Below, in pieces: positions 18,202 through 27,467 of a DNA stretch of 40,226 nt; the first letter of the stretch is position 1; every line of letters begins with the position of its first letter. A program made the translations under genes and the position numbers. The notes beneath the pieces were generated by a model. That model was not told where the DNA came from. It made no database searches and saw only the letters and a list, made by a program, of their open reading frames with translations. Source of the DNA: Anaerolineales bacterium (GTDB lineage Bacteria > Chloroflexota > Anaerolineae > Anaerolineales > UBA4823); the NCBI GenBank assembly GCA_035291705.1, contig DATDRM010000037.1, forward strand, positions 1 to 40,226. The letters run 5' to 3'.

Positions 18202-18204
18202 GAG

Positions 18205-18239
18205 TTGCGATTTGCAAATTGCGGGATGCGAATTGCGAA
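18205..18239 (+). repeat. Five tandem heptamers TTGCGAT TTGCAAA TTGCGGG ATGCGAA TTGCGAA in the acsC-RACo spacer
   Basis: Exact 7-nt register read directly from the sequence. The last unit supplies the A of the ATG at 18239. Contains the palindrome ATTTGCAAAT. Confidence 0.6.
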
Positions 18240-20179
18240 TGGCTGAGCATACTGTCCACTTCGATGGAGTCTCTACCCCGGTGAGTGTCCCGACTGGCAC
18301 ACTCCTGGCCGAAGCCGCGCGCTCGGCCGGGGTAGAGCTGATGCAACCCTGTGGTGGACAGGGACGCTGCGGCCGGTGTGCGCTCCAGGTCATTTCCGGG
18401 AACGTCCGGCGGCGAAGCACCATCCGCCTATCTGAGGAGGATATCGCCCAGGGATTTGCCCTGGCCTGCCAGACCGTGATCGAGGGGGATATCTCCATCG
18501 CCATCCCGCCCCAAGAAAAAATCGAACGGCTCCTGACCAGCGACCGCACTGCCGGTGAGGTGACCGTCCCACCAGGCTACGACGCCACCTACGATCAGAC
18601 GATCCAAGCCGTAACGATCACCTTGACGCCCCCGGACATGAGCGACCAGCGGGACGACTGGAGCCGTCTCCAGACCACACTTCGTCAGCAAGCTGGTATT
18701 GAAGATATGCATGCCTCGCTTGGGCTGATGCGACATCTGAGCGATGTTCTTCGCCAAAGCGAGTGGTGCGTCTCTGCCATCCTGGACACGCAAGCCTGGG
18801 ACCGACCGGGATCGCCGCCGCGCCTGATCGACATTCGCCCTGGCTCGCCCCTGAGCGAGACGCCCTTGTGGGGAGCAGCCATCGACATCGGGACGACCAC
18901 GGTGACTGTATGGCTGGTTGACTTGTTGAGCGGCAAGGTAGCTGCCCAGGTGGCTCAATATAATAAGCAGATCGCCCGCGGCGAAGACGTGGTATCAAGA
19001 ATTATCTACGCCAGCAAAGACAGCGGCGGTGAACAGATGCGCTCCCTGGTGTTGGAGACGGTCAACGAGCTGCTCGGCCAGGCCTGTAAACGGGTCAAGT
19101 CAGACCCGCCACTCGACCCCAAGGACATCGTCAAAGCAAGCGTGGTTGGCAACAGCACCATGATCCATTTGTTGTTGGGCATCCCCGCCGGGAACATCCG
19201 CATGATGCCGTTCATCACGGCCGTGAATCAGATTCCCACCCTGACCGCAGGCGAGGTTGGGATAGACATTCATCCCGACGGGACGGTGGATTGTCTACCT
19301 GGGGTCGCCAGTTTTGTCGGAGCGGATATCACCGCTGGGGTACTATCTTCCGGGGTGGACGACGCCGAAAAGATCACCCTCTTCATGGACGTGGGAACCA
19401 ACGGGGAAATCGTGCTGGGCTCGCGCGAATGGCTGGTCACCTGCGCCTGCTCGGCCGGTCCGGCATTCGAAGGCGCGGGAGTCATGCACGGCATGCGCGC
19501 CACCAAGGGCGCCATCGAAGACGTGTGGATCAACGGTGACACATTCGATCCAACCTACCGCGTGATCGGGGGAGCTAGGCCGCATGGCCTGTGCGGAAGT
19601 GGATTGATCGCCCTGCTGGCAGAGATGTTCTTAACCGGCGTGGTCGACAAATCTGGCAACTTCAATTACCAATTGAATATCCCACGCATCCGTGAAGGCG
19701 ATCACGGCTGGGAGTATGTCATCGCCTGGGCAGCAGAGACGGGACACGGCAAGGACATCGCTATCACCCACGTGGATGTCGACAACCTGTTGCGCGCCAA
19801 GGCAGCCATTTACGCCGGCTTCACCATCCTCGCCAACAGTGTCGGCATCCCCCTGGAATGGGCAGAGCAAGTCCTGATTGGCGGCTCTTTTGGCAAGTAC
19901 ATCAACGTTGAAAAGGCGATCGATATCGGCCTGCTCCCGGATTTACCCTGGGAAAGATTTCAATTCCTGGGCAATACCGCGGTGCGCGGCGCTTACCTGG
20001 CTTTGTTAGATCGCCAGGCGCGGGCGCGCGTCAGGGAAATCGCCTCCCGGATGACTTACATAGAGTTGTCCGCGGATAACACATTCTATGAAGCGTTTAT
20101 GTCAGCACTGTTTTTACCGCATACTGACCTCTCCCGCTTTCCAACGGTAGAGGCAGCCATATCCAACAAGAAAATTTAA
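18239..20179 (+). CDS. acsV: Reductive activator of the corrinoid Fe-S protein (RACo; [2Fe-2S] ferredoxin + ASKHA ATPase)
   Basis: N-terminal plant-type ferredoxin motif CGGQGRCGRCAL...C, then an ASKHA-like body (AAIDIGTTTV, DVGTNGEIV). Sits between acsC and acsE. ATG 18239 preferred over TTG 18212. Confidence 0.85.
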   Translation: MAEHTVHFDGVSTPVSVPTGTLLAEAARSAGVELMQPCGGQGRCGRCALQVISGNVRRRSTIRLSEEDIAQGFALACQTVIEGDISIAIPPQEKIERLLTSDRTAGEVTVPPGYDATYDQTIQAVTITLTPPDMSDQRDDWSRLQTTLRQQAGIEDMHASLGLMRHLSDVLRQSEWCVSAILDTQAWDRPGSPPRLIDIRPGSPLSETPLWGAAIDIGTTTVTVWLVDLLSGKVAAQVAQYNKQIARGEDVVSRIIYASKDSGGEQMRSLVLETVNELLGQACKRVKSDPPLDPKDIVKASVVGNSTMIHLLLGIPAGNIRMMPFITAVNQIPTLTAGEVGIDIHPDGTVDCLPGVASFVGADITAGVLSSGVDDAEKITLFMDVGTNGEIVLGSREWLVTCACSAGPAFEGAGVMHGMRATKGAIEDVWINGDTFDPTYRVIGGARPHGLCGSGLIALLAEMFLTGVVDKSGNFNYQLNIPRIREGDHGWEYVIAWAAETGHGKDIAITHVDVDNLLRAKAAIYAGFTILANSVGIPLEWAEQVLIGGSFGKYINVEKAIDIGLLPDLPWERFQFLGNTAVRGAYLALLDRQARARVREIASRMTYIELSADNTFYEAFMSALFLPHTDLSRFPTVEAAISNKKI

Positions 20180-20191
20180 GAGAGGGCCCCT

Positions 20192-21115
20192 ATGTATATC
20201 CTTGGAGAGAATATCCACATCATCTCAGATAAAGTCAAGGAGGCGCTCGCCGCGAAGGACGCCCGTTTCTTCCAGGAACTGGCGGTTAAACAGGTCGAGG
20301 CTGGAGCTTCCGCTTTAGATCTGAACCTGGGACCACGCAAGAAAGACGGGGAAGAAGTCTTTCCGTGGATCGTCGAGACGGTCGAAGCGGTGGTCGACAT
20401 CCCACTCAGCTTCGACTCCACCAACTTGCTCGGCATTGAAGCCGGTCTGAAGAAAATCAGCAAGGCTCAGCCGATCATTAACTCCACCTCGGCTGAACCC
20501 GAACGCCTGGAGAAAGTGCCTCTGGTGGCTAAAAAATACGACACGCGCCTGATCGCCCTGACGATGGGGGCCAGCGGGATCCCGGTCGCGGCTGATGAAC
20601 GCGTGAATATCGCCCTGGAGAAATTGATCCCGCGCATGATGGAGATCGATTTTCCAATGCAAAACCTGATTATCGATCCCCTGGTGCTGACCGTCTCAGG
20701 TTGCCAGGAGTATTGCCCGCAGCTGATCGAGGCCGTGCGCACCCTGCAATATGCCTGGGATCCACCTCCCACCATCTCCATCGGTCTTTCCAACGTATCC
20801 AACGCCGTGCCACGCGATAACCGGCCGTTGATCAACCGGGTTTACTGCGCCATGGTGATGGGCGTCGGTCTGAATATGATGATCGCAGACCCCCTCGATA
20901 AAGAATTGGAAGAGACAATCCATATCATTGAAGCACGTGACGACTCCACCCCTGTCGGCCGTCTTTATCTGAAGATCGCCGACCGCATCGCCGCGATGGA
21001 AGAGCCAACGATCGATGATGTTGACTTGAATGACCCGGAACAACTCGCAATCTGGAAAACAATCCAGATCCTGCTTAACAAGGTGATCTATGCTGACTCG
21101 TATCTGCAACAATGA
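20192..21115 (+). CDS. acsE: Methyltetrahydrofolate:corrinoid/iron-sulfur protein methyltransferase
   Basis: Pterin-binding (DHPS-like) barrel of 307 aa with LGENIH...LDLNLGP...INS...GLSNVS. In the acs cluster. Confidence 0.9.
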   Translation: MYILGENIHIISDKVKEALAAKDARFFQELAVKQVEAGASALDLNLGPRKKDGEEVFPWIVETVEAVVDIPLSFDSTNLLGIEAGLKKISKAQPIINSTSAEPERLEKVPLVAKKYDTRLIALTMGASGIPVAADERVNIALEKLIPRMMEIDFPMQNLIIDPLVLTVSGCQEYCPQLIEAVRTLQYAWDPPPTISIGLSNVSNAVPRDNRPLINRVYCAMVMGVGLNMMIADPLDKELEETIHIIEARDDSTPVGRLYLKIADRIAAMEEPTIDDVDLNDPEQLAIWKTIQILLNKVIYADSYLQQ

Positions 21116-21168
21116 GTTTTGGATAAAAACAATCCAACCACCTCCCCACGGATTCAAGGAGAACAATC

Positions 21169-22530
21169 ATGTTGAATGAAAAAGATCCGATCACTGTCGA
21201 TCAACTGCTAGCCAAAGCAGCCAAACCCTCGGCGGATGCGATGATCCTGCATCCCTTCTACCGCGGCAAAGTGGAGACGACGCTCAAGTGCTGCGTGCGC
21301 GATTTCAACGACTTCGCCATCTGGTACACCCCTGGGGTAGCTGCGCCTTGCAGAGCGATCGCCGCCGACCCGGAAAAGGTGTATGACTACACCAACAAGT
21401 GGAACACGGTGGCGGTTGTCAGCGATGGCACGCGTGTCCTGGGACTGGGGGATATCGGTCCCAAGGCAGGCCTGCCAGTGATGGAAGGTAAAGCACTGCT
21501 ATATAAATACCTTGGCGGGGTGGATGGGGTGCCGATCATGATCGACACGAAAGACCCCGACCAGATCATCAACACGGTCTTGATGTTGCAGCCCGGTTGG
21601 GGAGGCGTCAACCTGGAAGACATCTCCCAGCCCAAGTGCTTCCGCATCCTGGATACCCTGCGTGAAAAGGCTGAAATCCCGGTCTGGCACGACGACCAGC
21701 AGGGCACTGCCACCGTTACTCTGGCAGGCCTGATCAATGCCTTGAAGGTTGTCGGTAAAAAGATGAGCGAAGTTCACATCGCTTTTATCGGCAGCGGAGC
21801 CTCCAACGTGGCCTGTTCGCGGTTGATCTTCGGTTGGGGTGCTGATCCAGCCAAGTGCTTCATGGTGGACAGCAAGGGCATCCTCGGCAAGCACCGCCGC
21901 GATCTGGAGATGCGCAAAGCAGAGTACGTGGATAAGTGGCACCTATGCCAGGTCACCAATGCTGAAGGGCGCGAAGGTGACATCGGCGAAGCAATGAAAG
22001 GTGTTGACGTGGTGATCGCCCTTTCCCGCTCCGGTCCAGGAGTGATCCAGCCAGAGTGGGTGAAAACAATGACCAAAGATGCGATCCTCTTTGCCTGCGC
22101 TAATCCGGTGCCAGAGATCTGGCCCTGGGAAGCGAAAGAAGCTGGCGCCAGGATCGTGGCTACCGGGCGCTCGGACTTTCCCAACCAGGTCAACAACTCG
22201 TTAGGCTTCCCAGGCATCTTCCGCGGTGCGCTGGATGTGCGCGCCCGCACCATCACCGATAACATGTGCTTTGCTGCTGCTGAAGCGCTCGCCAAACAAA
22301 TCGGTGACCGGTTAGATGAGGAGCACATCCTGCCCACGATGGACGATTGGGAAGTCTTCCCGCGTGAGGCAGCCGCTGTGGCGATGAAAGCGCAGGAACA
22401 GGGTGTTGCCCGCCTGACGATGAGTTACGAAGAGCTCTACGAGCATGCCCGCACAGTCATCAAACGCTCGCGTGACCTGACGCAAATGATGATGAACGAA
22501 GGATACATCGCTGAAGCTCCAGAAGAATGA
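21169..22530 (+). CDS. NAD(P)-dependent malic enzyme (short form)
   Basis: [31 protein letters not shown] and GSGASNVA dinucleotide motif. 453 aa, AAGGAG RBS. Confidence 0.9.
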   Translation: MLNEKDPITVDQLLAKAAKPSADAMILHPFYRGKVETTLKCCVRDFNDFAIWYTPGVAAPCRAIAADPEKVYDYTNKWNTVAVVSDGTRVLGLGDIGPKAGLPVMEGKALLYKYLGGVDGVPIMIDTKDPDQIINTVLMLQPGWGGVNLEDISQPKCFRILDTLREKAEIPVWHDDQQGTATVTLAGLINALKVVGKKMSEVHIAFIGSGASNVACSRLIFGWGADPAKCFMVDSKGILGKHRRDLEMRKAEYVDKWHLCQVTNAEGREGDIGEAMKGVDVVIALSRSGPGVIQPEWVKTMTKDAILFACANPVPEIWPWEAKEAGARIVATGRSDFPNQVNNSLGFPGIFRGALDVRARTITDNMCFAAAEALAKQIGDRLDEEHILPTMDDWEVFPREAAAVAMKAQEQGVARLTMSYEELYEHARTVIKRSRDLTQMMMNEGYIAEAPEE

Positions 22531-22571
22531 TAACGGACTTTTTTCTCACTATCTACCCTACGAGGTGACCC

Positions 22572-23477
22572 ATGTATGACCTGATTGTAATTGGTGGCGG
22601 CCCGGCCGGGCTTACGGCAACAATTTACGCAATCCGCAAGAGATTGAATGTCCTGCTAGTATCCAAGGATTTGGGCGGCAAAACCAATTACCGCCTGGCC
22701 TTGCCATGGATCGAAGATTACCAGGTGATCCGCGGGCTTGAAATCGTCAACAAGTTCCGCAGCGAACTGGAATACTTAAAATTCGCCCGACACATGGAAC
22801 CAGTCGAGCAGATTGAGAAGCAAGCGGACGGTTTTGTAATCAAAACCCGTGGAGGTGGCGAACTTCACGCCAAAGCAGTGATTATCGCCACTGGCACCAA
22901 ACAGCAACGCCTGACCGTGCCTGGCGAAAAGGACTTCATCATGCGCGGCCTGTGCTACTCGGCGCTAAGCTACGCCCCGCTCTTCATCGATCGAAAAACC
23001 GTGGTGGTAGGCGACGGAGACCTGGCCTTGCGCTCAGCGGCCGAGCTCTCCACCGTAGCCAAGCACGTCCACCTGGTCGGCGCAAGCGGTGACGTGCTCA
23101 CTTCTGACCTGGGCAAGAAGCTGGTCAACGCCCCAAACGTCACTGTACTGGAAAAATATAAAGTCACAGAAGTCAAGGGCAATGGCTTTGCCGACCGGGT
23201 GGTGGTCAAGAGTCCTGAGGGGGAAGAGAAGGTGATCGATGCCGAGGGTACTTTTATCGAGATGAACCTGATCCCCAACTCTCAGATGGTCGCTCAGCTG
23301 GTCGAACTCGACGAGCAAGGCCGCATTAAGATCGATTGCTACGCCCGTACCAGCGTGCCTGGCCTTTTCGCGGCGGGCGACGTCACCGACACCTACGCTG
23401 AACAGGTATTGGTCGCAGTGGGTGAAGGTGCCAAGGCAGCCCTGAGCGCTTACGATTACCTGCTACCCAGATTATAA
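22572..23477 (+). CDS. TrxR/AhpF-C-terminal-like FAD-dependent oxidoreductase lacking the redox-active CxxC
   Basis: IVIGGGPAGLTA FAD motif and FAAGDVTD. The position of the CxxC dithiol reads CYSALSYAPLF, with Ser/Ser where AhpF has CPHC. Second Rossmann motif is degenerate (VVVGDGDLALRSA). Confidence 0.7.
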   Translation: MYDLIVIGGGPAGLTATIYAIRKRLNVLLVSKDLGGKTNYRLALPWIEDYQVIRGLEIVNKFRSELEYLKFARHMEPVEQIEKQADGFVIKTRGGGELHAKAVIIATGTKQQRLTVPGEKDFIMRGLCYSALSYAPLFIDRKTVVVGDGDLALRSAAELSTVAKHVHLVGASGDVLTSDLGKKLVNAPNVTVLEKYKVTEVKGNGFADRVVVKSPEGEEKVIDAEGTFIEMNLIPNSQMVAQLVELDEQGRIKIDCYARTSVPGLFAAGDVTDTYAEQVLVAVGEGAKAALSAYDYLLPRL

Positions 23478-23482
23478 ATGCT

Positions 23483-23524
23483 CAGGGGGCTGGTTCCGAG
23501 TGGGATGGGAACCAACCCCCTGAC
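23483..23524 (+). terminator. Strong GC-rich hairpin at the end of the acs operon (no clear U-tract)
   Basis: TCAGGGGGCTGGTTCC / GGAACCAACCCCCTGA pairs 15 of 16 with a 10-nt loop, 6 nt after the stop codon. Followed by an AT-rich promoter-like spacer. Confidence 0.55.
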
Positions 23525-23607
23525 CTGTTAGCCTCGAGCGATGAAGTCGGGATAAATGACCTTGTTTTTATTGACGAATGACATATACCTTTTTACAGGT
23601 GAGTCTC

Positions 23608-23613
23608 TATAAT
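23608..23613 (+). promoter_or_regulatory. Consensus TATAAT -10 hexamer in the AT-rich spacer ahead of the hdrA-like operon
   Basis: TATAAT sits in a 180-nt AT-rich region. No consensus -35 at 17 nt, though TTGACG lies 31 nt upstream. Confidence 0.3.
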
Positions 23614-23709
23614 CATTATAGATAAGATAAGTGATTATTACCCTATTCGTCATAAAGACATCGGGGTAGTCTCGCAACTCAGTTCGCCTGAGGGGAGGCA
23701 CGATTGCAA

Positions 23710-26700
23710 ATGGTAAAAACCCGGATAATCCGTGGTGAGCCCGCCGCGACCCTGGTGGTAGGCGGTGGTATTGGGGGTATGCGCGCCGCGTTGGATCTGG
23801 CTGATGCTGGGCTGAAGGTATACCTGGTTGAACAGACGCCCTGCCTGGGAGGCCGGGTCGCCCAACTCGGTTATATGTTCCCGCAACACGATTGCGTGCT
23901 CTGCCGGGGCACCGCCGACCATGGCTATGGCTGCACGCGTCCTTCCATTTCCCCGGCCTATATCCAACATAACCAGCACCCAAACATCGAAATCCTGACC
24001 AATACCCGCATCCTGGAAGTGGAGGGCGAGGCCGGCGACTTCACCGTATCCTTGCGCCAGGAACCACGTTACGTCGATCCAGTGCATTGCACAAGTTGCG
24101 GCCTGTGCGCACAGGTCTGCCCGGTCGAACTCCCCAACAGCTATCAATTGGGGATGACCATGCGCAAAGCCGCCTACAAAGTGGCGGCGCGGGCCACACC
24201 AGACGCTTACTGCATCGACAAAGGGCCATATTGCGAAACCTGCGGCGAATGCGTCAAGGCCTGCCCAACCGGGGCGATAGACCTGCACGAGCAGCCTCGC
24301 CTCTTAACCGTCGAGGTTGGGGCGATTATCCTGGCGCTCGGTTTCAAGGTTTACGACTCCAGCGAGATGGAAGAATTGGGGCATGGTCGTTATCCCAATG
24401 TCCTGGCGGCCATGCAGTACGAACGTCTGGCGAGCCGCTCCGGCCCGACCGAAGGCCTCATCACCCGCCCCTCCGATGGGCAAACTCCTCGTTCCATCGC
24501 CTGGCTGCAGTGTGTCGGTTCACGCGACCAAAACAATGCCTTCTGTTCGTCGATCTGCTGCATGTATGCCACCAAGGAAGCCATCCTCGCAAAACAGCGC
24601 CTGGGGAACGAAATTGGTTGCAGCGTCTTTATCATGGACGAACGCGCTTTCAACAAAGAGTATAGCGCCTACTTTTCCACCGCCCGCCAGCAGCATGGAA
24701 TCCAATATAACCATTGCCGGGTGTCCTCGATCCAGGAAGACCCATCTACACACGATTTGATCTTGTATTCGGCGGACCCCAACGGGAAACTCCGCCAGGA
24801 ACGGTTCGAGATGGTGGTACTGGCAACCGGCCTGCAGCCACCCGAGTCTGCCAGAGACCTGGCTAAAAACCTGGGCATTGAACTAAACCAATACGGGTTC
24901 TGCGAGACCGATAAATTTACACCTCTGCAAACTACACGACCTGGCGTCTTCGTATGCGGCGCCTTCTCCTCACCCAAAGAGATCGTTGAAACGATCATCG
25001 ATGCCAGCGGTGCGGCCGCCGAAGTCATGCGACTGCTCAACGATCGACTGCACACCTACACATACTCCCGCGCCTGGCCTTTCCTCTCAACCGATGATTT
25101 CCGTCCTGAAAAGGATGTCAGCCGGGAACCCGTGCGGGTTGGCGTCTTCGCTTGCAGTTGCGGGGATACTCTCAACGAGGTGATCGACATCCCCGCATTG
25201 TTGCACCAGGCCAGCCAGGTGCCGGGAGTGGTGCACGCCGAGATTCTGGACTACGCCTGCTTCCCAGAGAACCAGGAATACTTAAGGCAACGGATTCAAG
25301 AGGCGGACCTCAACCGGGTAGTGGTTGCCGCCTGCAGCAACCGCACCCATGAACCCCTTTTCCAACGCACCATCCGCATAGCAGGCCTTAATCCCTACTT
25401 GCTCGAAGTGGTCAACCTGCGCGAGCAATGCGCCTTCGTCCACCAAACTCAACCCCAGCTGGCGAACCGTAAAGCCATTGAGTTAGTGCGCGTCGCCGTT
25501 GGGCGCGTCTCGTCTGCACAACCAGTGAATAAGGATAAGCACCGCTGCCTGCCTTCTGCGCTGGTGATCGGAGGCGGTGTGGCAGGAATGTCTACTGCCC
25601 TGGCTATCGCCGACAGCGGCTACGATGTGCACCTGGTTGAACGGTCCGAGATGTTGGGGGGCAACCTGCGTAACCTGTACTACGTCGCCGAAGGATATAA
25701 CCCTCAGCGCTTGCTGCGCGACCTGGTCAACCGGGTGCGCGCCCACCAACGCATCAAGGTTTATATCCGCACGGAAATGATCAACCACAGCGGGCATGTA
25801 GGCCATTTTCGCAGTGAACTACGCGCCCAGCATAACGATCACATGGAAGTCATCACCGTCGAACACGGTGTGACAATCGTGGCGACGGGGGCGCAAGAAG
25901 CCAAGGGTTATCCTCTGCTGGAATTTCCCCTGGTCATTACCCAACAAGAGCTGGAAGAGAAAATCATTCACCACCCCGAGGAGATCGCCGCGCTCAAGCA
26001 TGTCGTCATGATCCAATGCGTGCGCACGAAGGGCGCGCCGGATTATTGCTCACGGGTGTGCTGCACAAATACGATCAAGAACGCAGTGCGTTTGAAGCTC
26101 TTCAACCCGACCTGTCAGGTCAGCGTACTCTATAAGAACATCGTTACCTACGGTTTCCGTGAGGAATACTACGAGGAAGCCAGAAAGCTGGGTGTGGTCT
26201 TCATCCGTTATACAGACGAACGGCCGCCAGAGGTGCTTTTAGAGGACAACCGGTTGGTCGTCAGGGCGTACGACCTGTCCCTGGATCGCTGGTTGCGACT
26301 GCCAGCCGACCTGATCCCGATGAGTATGTCAATCCTTCCTGCTGAGGGCACTCAAGAGCTTTCACGTATGCTGCGCGTGCCGATATCCAGCGAAGGGTTC
26401 TTCGAGGAGGCGCAAATGAAGCTGCGCCCGATGGACTTTATGCGCGACGGCATCTTCCTGGCCGGCATGGCCCACTATCCTAAATTTATCGAAGAGAGCA
26501 TCAGCCATGCTCTGGCGGCAGCCGGGCGCGCCTTGACTTTGCTCTCACAAGAGACGCTTTATTTGGGTGGTGTAATCGCGCAGGTGGATCCAAACAAGTG
26601 CGTCGGCTGCCTGACCTGCACGCGCACCTGCCCCTTCCAAATCCCGCAAATCATCTACCTGGAAGGGCGCACTGGCGTCGGTGAATTGGGCGGAGCGGCC

Positions 26701-26856
26701 TACATCGATCCAGCTCTTTGCCAGGGGTGCGGCACCTGTACTGGTGAATGCCCAGCCAATGCCATCCAGTTGGTCAACTATACCGATGAGCAGATGATGC
26801 TGCACGCGATTGGAGGATTAGGTAGCTGGAAAGTGCCGGTGGCCAGTATTCAGTAA
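23710..26856 (+). CDS. Double HdrA-like flavo-iron-sulfur oxidoreductase (two fused HdrA-type units, no NAD(P)H module)
   Basis: Two FAD motifs (VVGGGIGGMRAALDLADAGLKVYLVE and VIGGGVAGMSTALAIADSGYDVHLVE). HdrA signatures FPQHDCVLC, LQCVGSRDQNNAFCSSICCMYATKEA and MIQCVRTKGAPDYCSRVCC. Several CxxCxxCxxxCP ferredoxin motifs. TTG 23704 is an alternative start and GGGGAGG lies upstream. Confidence 0.8.
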   Translation: MVKTRIIRGEPAATLVVGGGIGGMRAALDLADAGLKVYLVEQTPCLGGRVAQLGYMFPQHDCVLCRGTADHGYGCTRPSISPAYIQHNQHPNIEILTNTRILEVEGEAGDFTVSLRQEPRYVDPVHCTSCGLCAQVCPVELPNSYQLGMTMRKAAYKVAARATPDAYCIDKGPYCETCGECVKACPTGAIDLHEQPRLLTVEVGAIILALGFKVYDSSEMEELGHGRYPNVLAAMQYERLASRSGPTEGLITRPSDGQTPRSIAWLQCVGSRDQNNAFCSSICCMYATKEAILAKQRLGNEIGCSVFIMDERAFNKEYSAYFSTARQQHGIQYNHCRVSSIQEDPSTHDLILYSADPNGKLRQERFEMVVLATGLQPPESARDLAKNLGIELNQYGFCETDKFTPLQTTRPGVFVCGAFSSPKEIVETIIDASGAAAEVMRLLNDRLHTYTYSRAWPFLSTDDFRPEKDVSREPVRVGVFACSCGDTLNEVIDIPALLHQASQVPGVVHAEILDYACFPENQEYLRQRIQEADLNRVVVAACSNRTHEPLFQRTIRIAGLNPYLLEVVNLREQCAFVHQTQPQLANRKAIELVRVAVGRVSSAQPVNKDKHRCLPSALVIGGGVAGMSTALAIADSGYDVHLVERSEMLGGNLRNLYYVAEGYNPQRLLRDLVNRVRAHQRIKVYIRTEMINHSGHVGHFRSELRAQHNDHMEVITVEHGVTIVATGAQEAKGYPLLEFPLVITQQELEEKIIHHPEEIAALKHVVMIQCVRTKGAPDYCSRVCCTNTIKNAVRLKLFNPTCQVSVLYKNIVTYGFREEYYEEARKLGVVFIRYTDERPPEVLLEDNRLVVRAYDLSLDRWLRLPADLIPMSMSILPAEGTQELSRMLRVPISSEGFFEEAQMKLRPMDFMRDGIFLAGMAHYPKFIEESISHALAAAGRALTLLSQETLYLGGVIAQVDPNKCVGCLTCTRTCPFQIPQIIYLEGRTGVGELGGAAYIDPALCQGCGTCTGECPANAIQLVNYTDEQMMLHAIGGLGSWKVPVASIQ

Positions 26857-26919
26857 TTAGTTGCCAGTAGTCAGTGGGAAGAAAACTGACTACTAACTAC
26901 CGACTACTAATTACTAGAG
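26857..26919 (+). repeat. Inverted heptamer arrays / hairpin in the hdrA-like to mvhD spacer
   Basis: AGTAGTCAGT (26866-26875) pairs perfectly with ACTGACTACT (26885-26894) around a 9-nt loop. The stem extends via TAGTT/AACTA with a GCC bulge. The 3' side reads ACTGACT ACTAACT ACCGACT ACTAATT ACTAGAG, 5 units in 7-nt register. Confidence 0.65.
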
Positions 26920-26927
26920 CAAAGGTA

Positions 26928-27467
26928 ATGATGACAATCAAACCAGCCATTCAAACCTTCGAGCCCGAGATCACCGCCTTTTTCTGTATTTACTGCGGTT
27001 ATATGGCCGCGGATACGGCCGGGGCACTGCATATCCAATATCCGGCTAACGTCAAATTTATCCGCATGCCCTGCACGGGAAAAACCGATATTCGTTACTT
27101 ATTAGAAGCTTTTGAGCAAGGCGCTGACGGCGTCTACGTAGTAGCCTGCCCGATCGGCAACTGCCATCACGTGCGCGGCAATGAACGCGGATGGGCCAGG
27201 TTGAAACGCGCCCAGAAAATCTTGGACGAAGTCGGGATCGGCGGCGAGCGCCTGGACATGTTTTTTATGTCCGGCAGCCAGGCCCACACCTTTGTCTCAG
27301 CTGTCCAAAACATGACGGCACGCATCCGCAAGCTGGGTCCGAACCCGCTGAAAGCCAAGGATGAAGGCAGAAGGGTGAAGGCTGAGAAAGTAATAATTGA
27401 ACCCGAAGAAGAAGTTGGATTTAGGGGTAGACCCCCCCGATCAGTCAAATCCAAGAAGGAAAGGTAA
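26928..27467 (+). CDS. mvhD: MvhD-like protein (methyl-viologen-reducing hydrogenase delta subunit family), Cys-type
   Basis: ITAFFCIYCGY...MPCTGK...GADGVYVVACPIGNCHH family pattern. The stop overlaps the next start (TAATG). ATG 26931 is an alternative. Carries a charged C-terminal extension. Confidence 0.8.
   Translation: MMTIKPAIQTFEPEITAFFCIYCGYMAADTAGALHIQYPANVKFIRMPCTGKTDIRYLLEAFEQGADGVYVVACPIGNCHHVRGNERGWARLKRAQKILDEVGIGGERLDMFFMSGSQAHTFVSAVQNMTARIRKLGPNPLKAKDEGRRVKAEKVIIEPEEEVGFRGRPPRSVKSKKER

Noticed and set aside
23483-23524. Classifying the hairpin after the TrxR-like gene as a canonical intrinsic terminator
   Set aside because: The stem is strong but no U-tract follows. It is kept as a probable operon-end structure at moderate confidence only.
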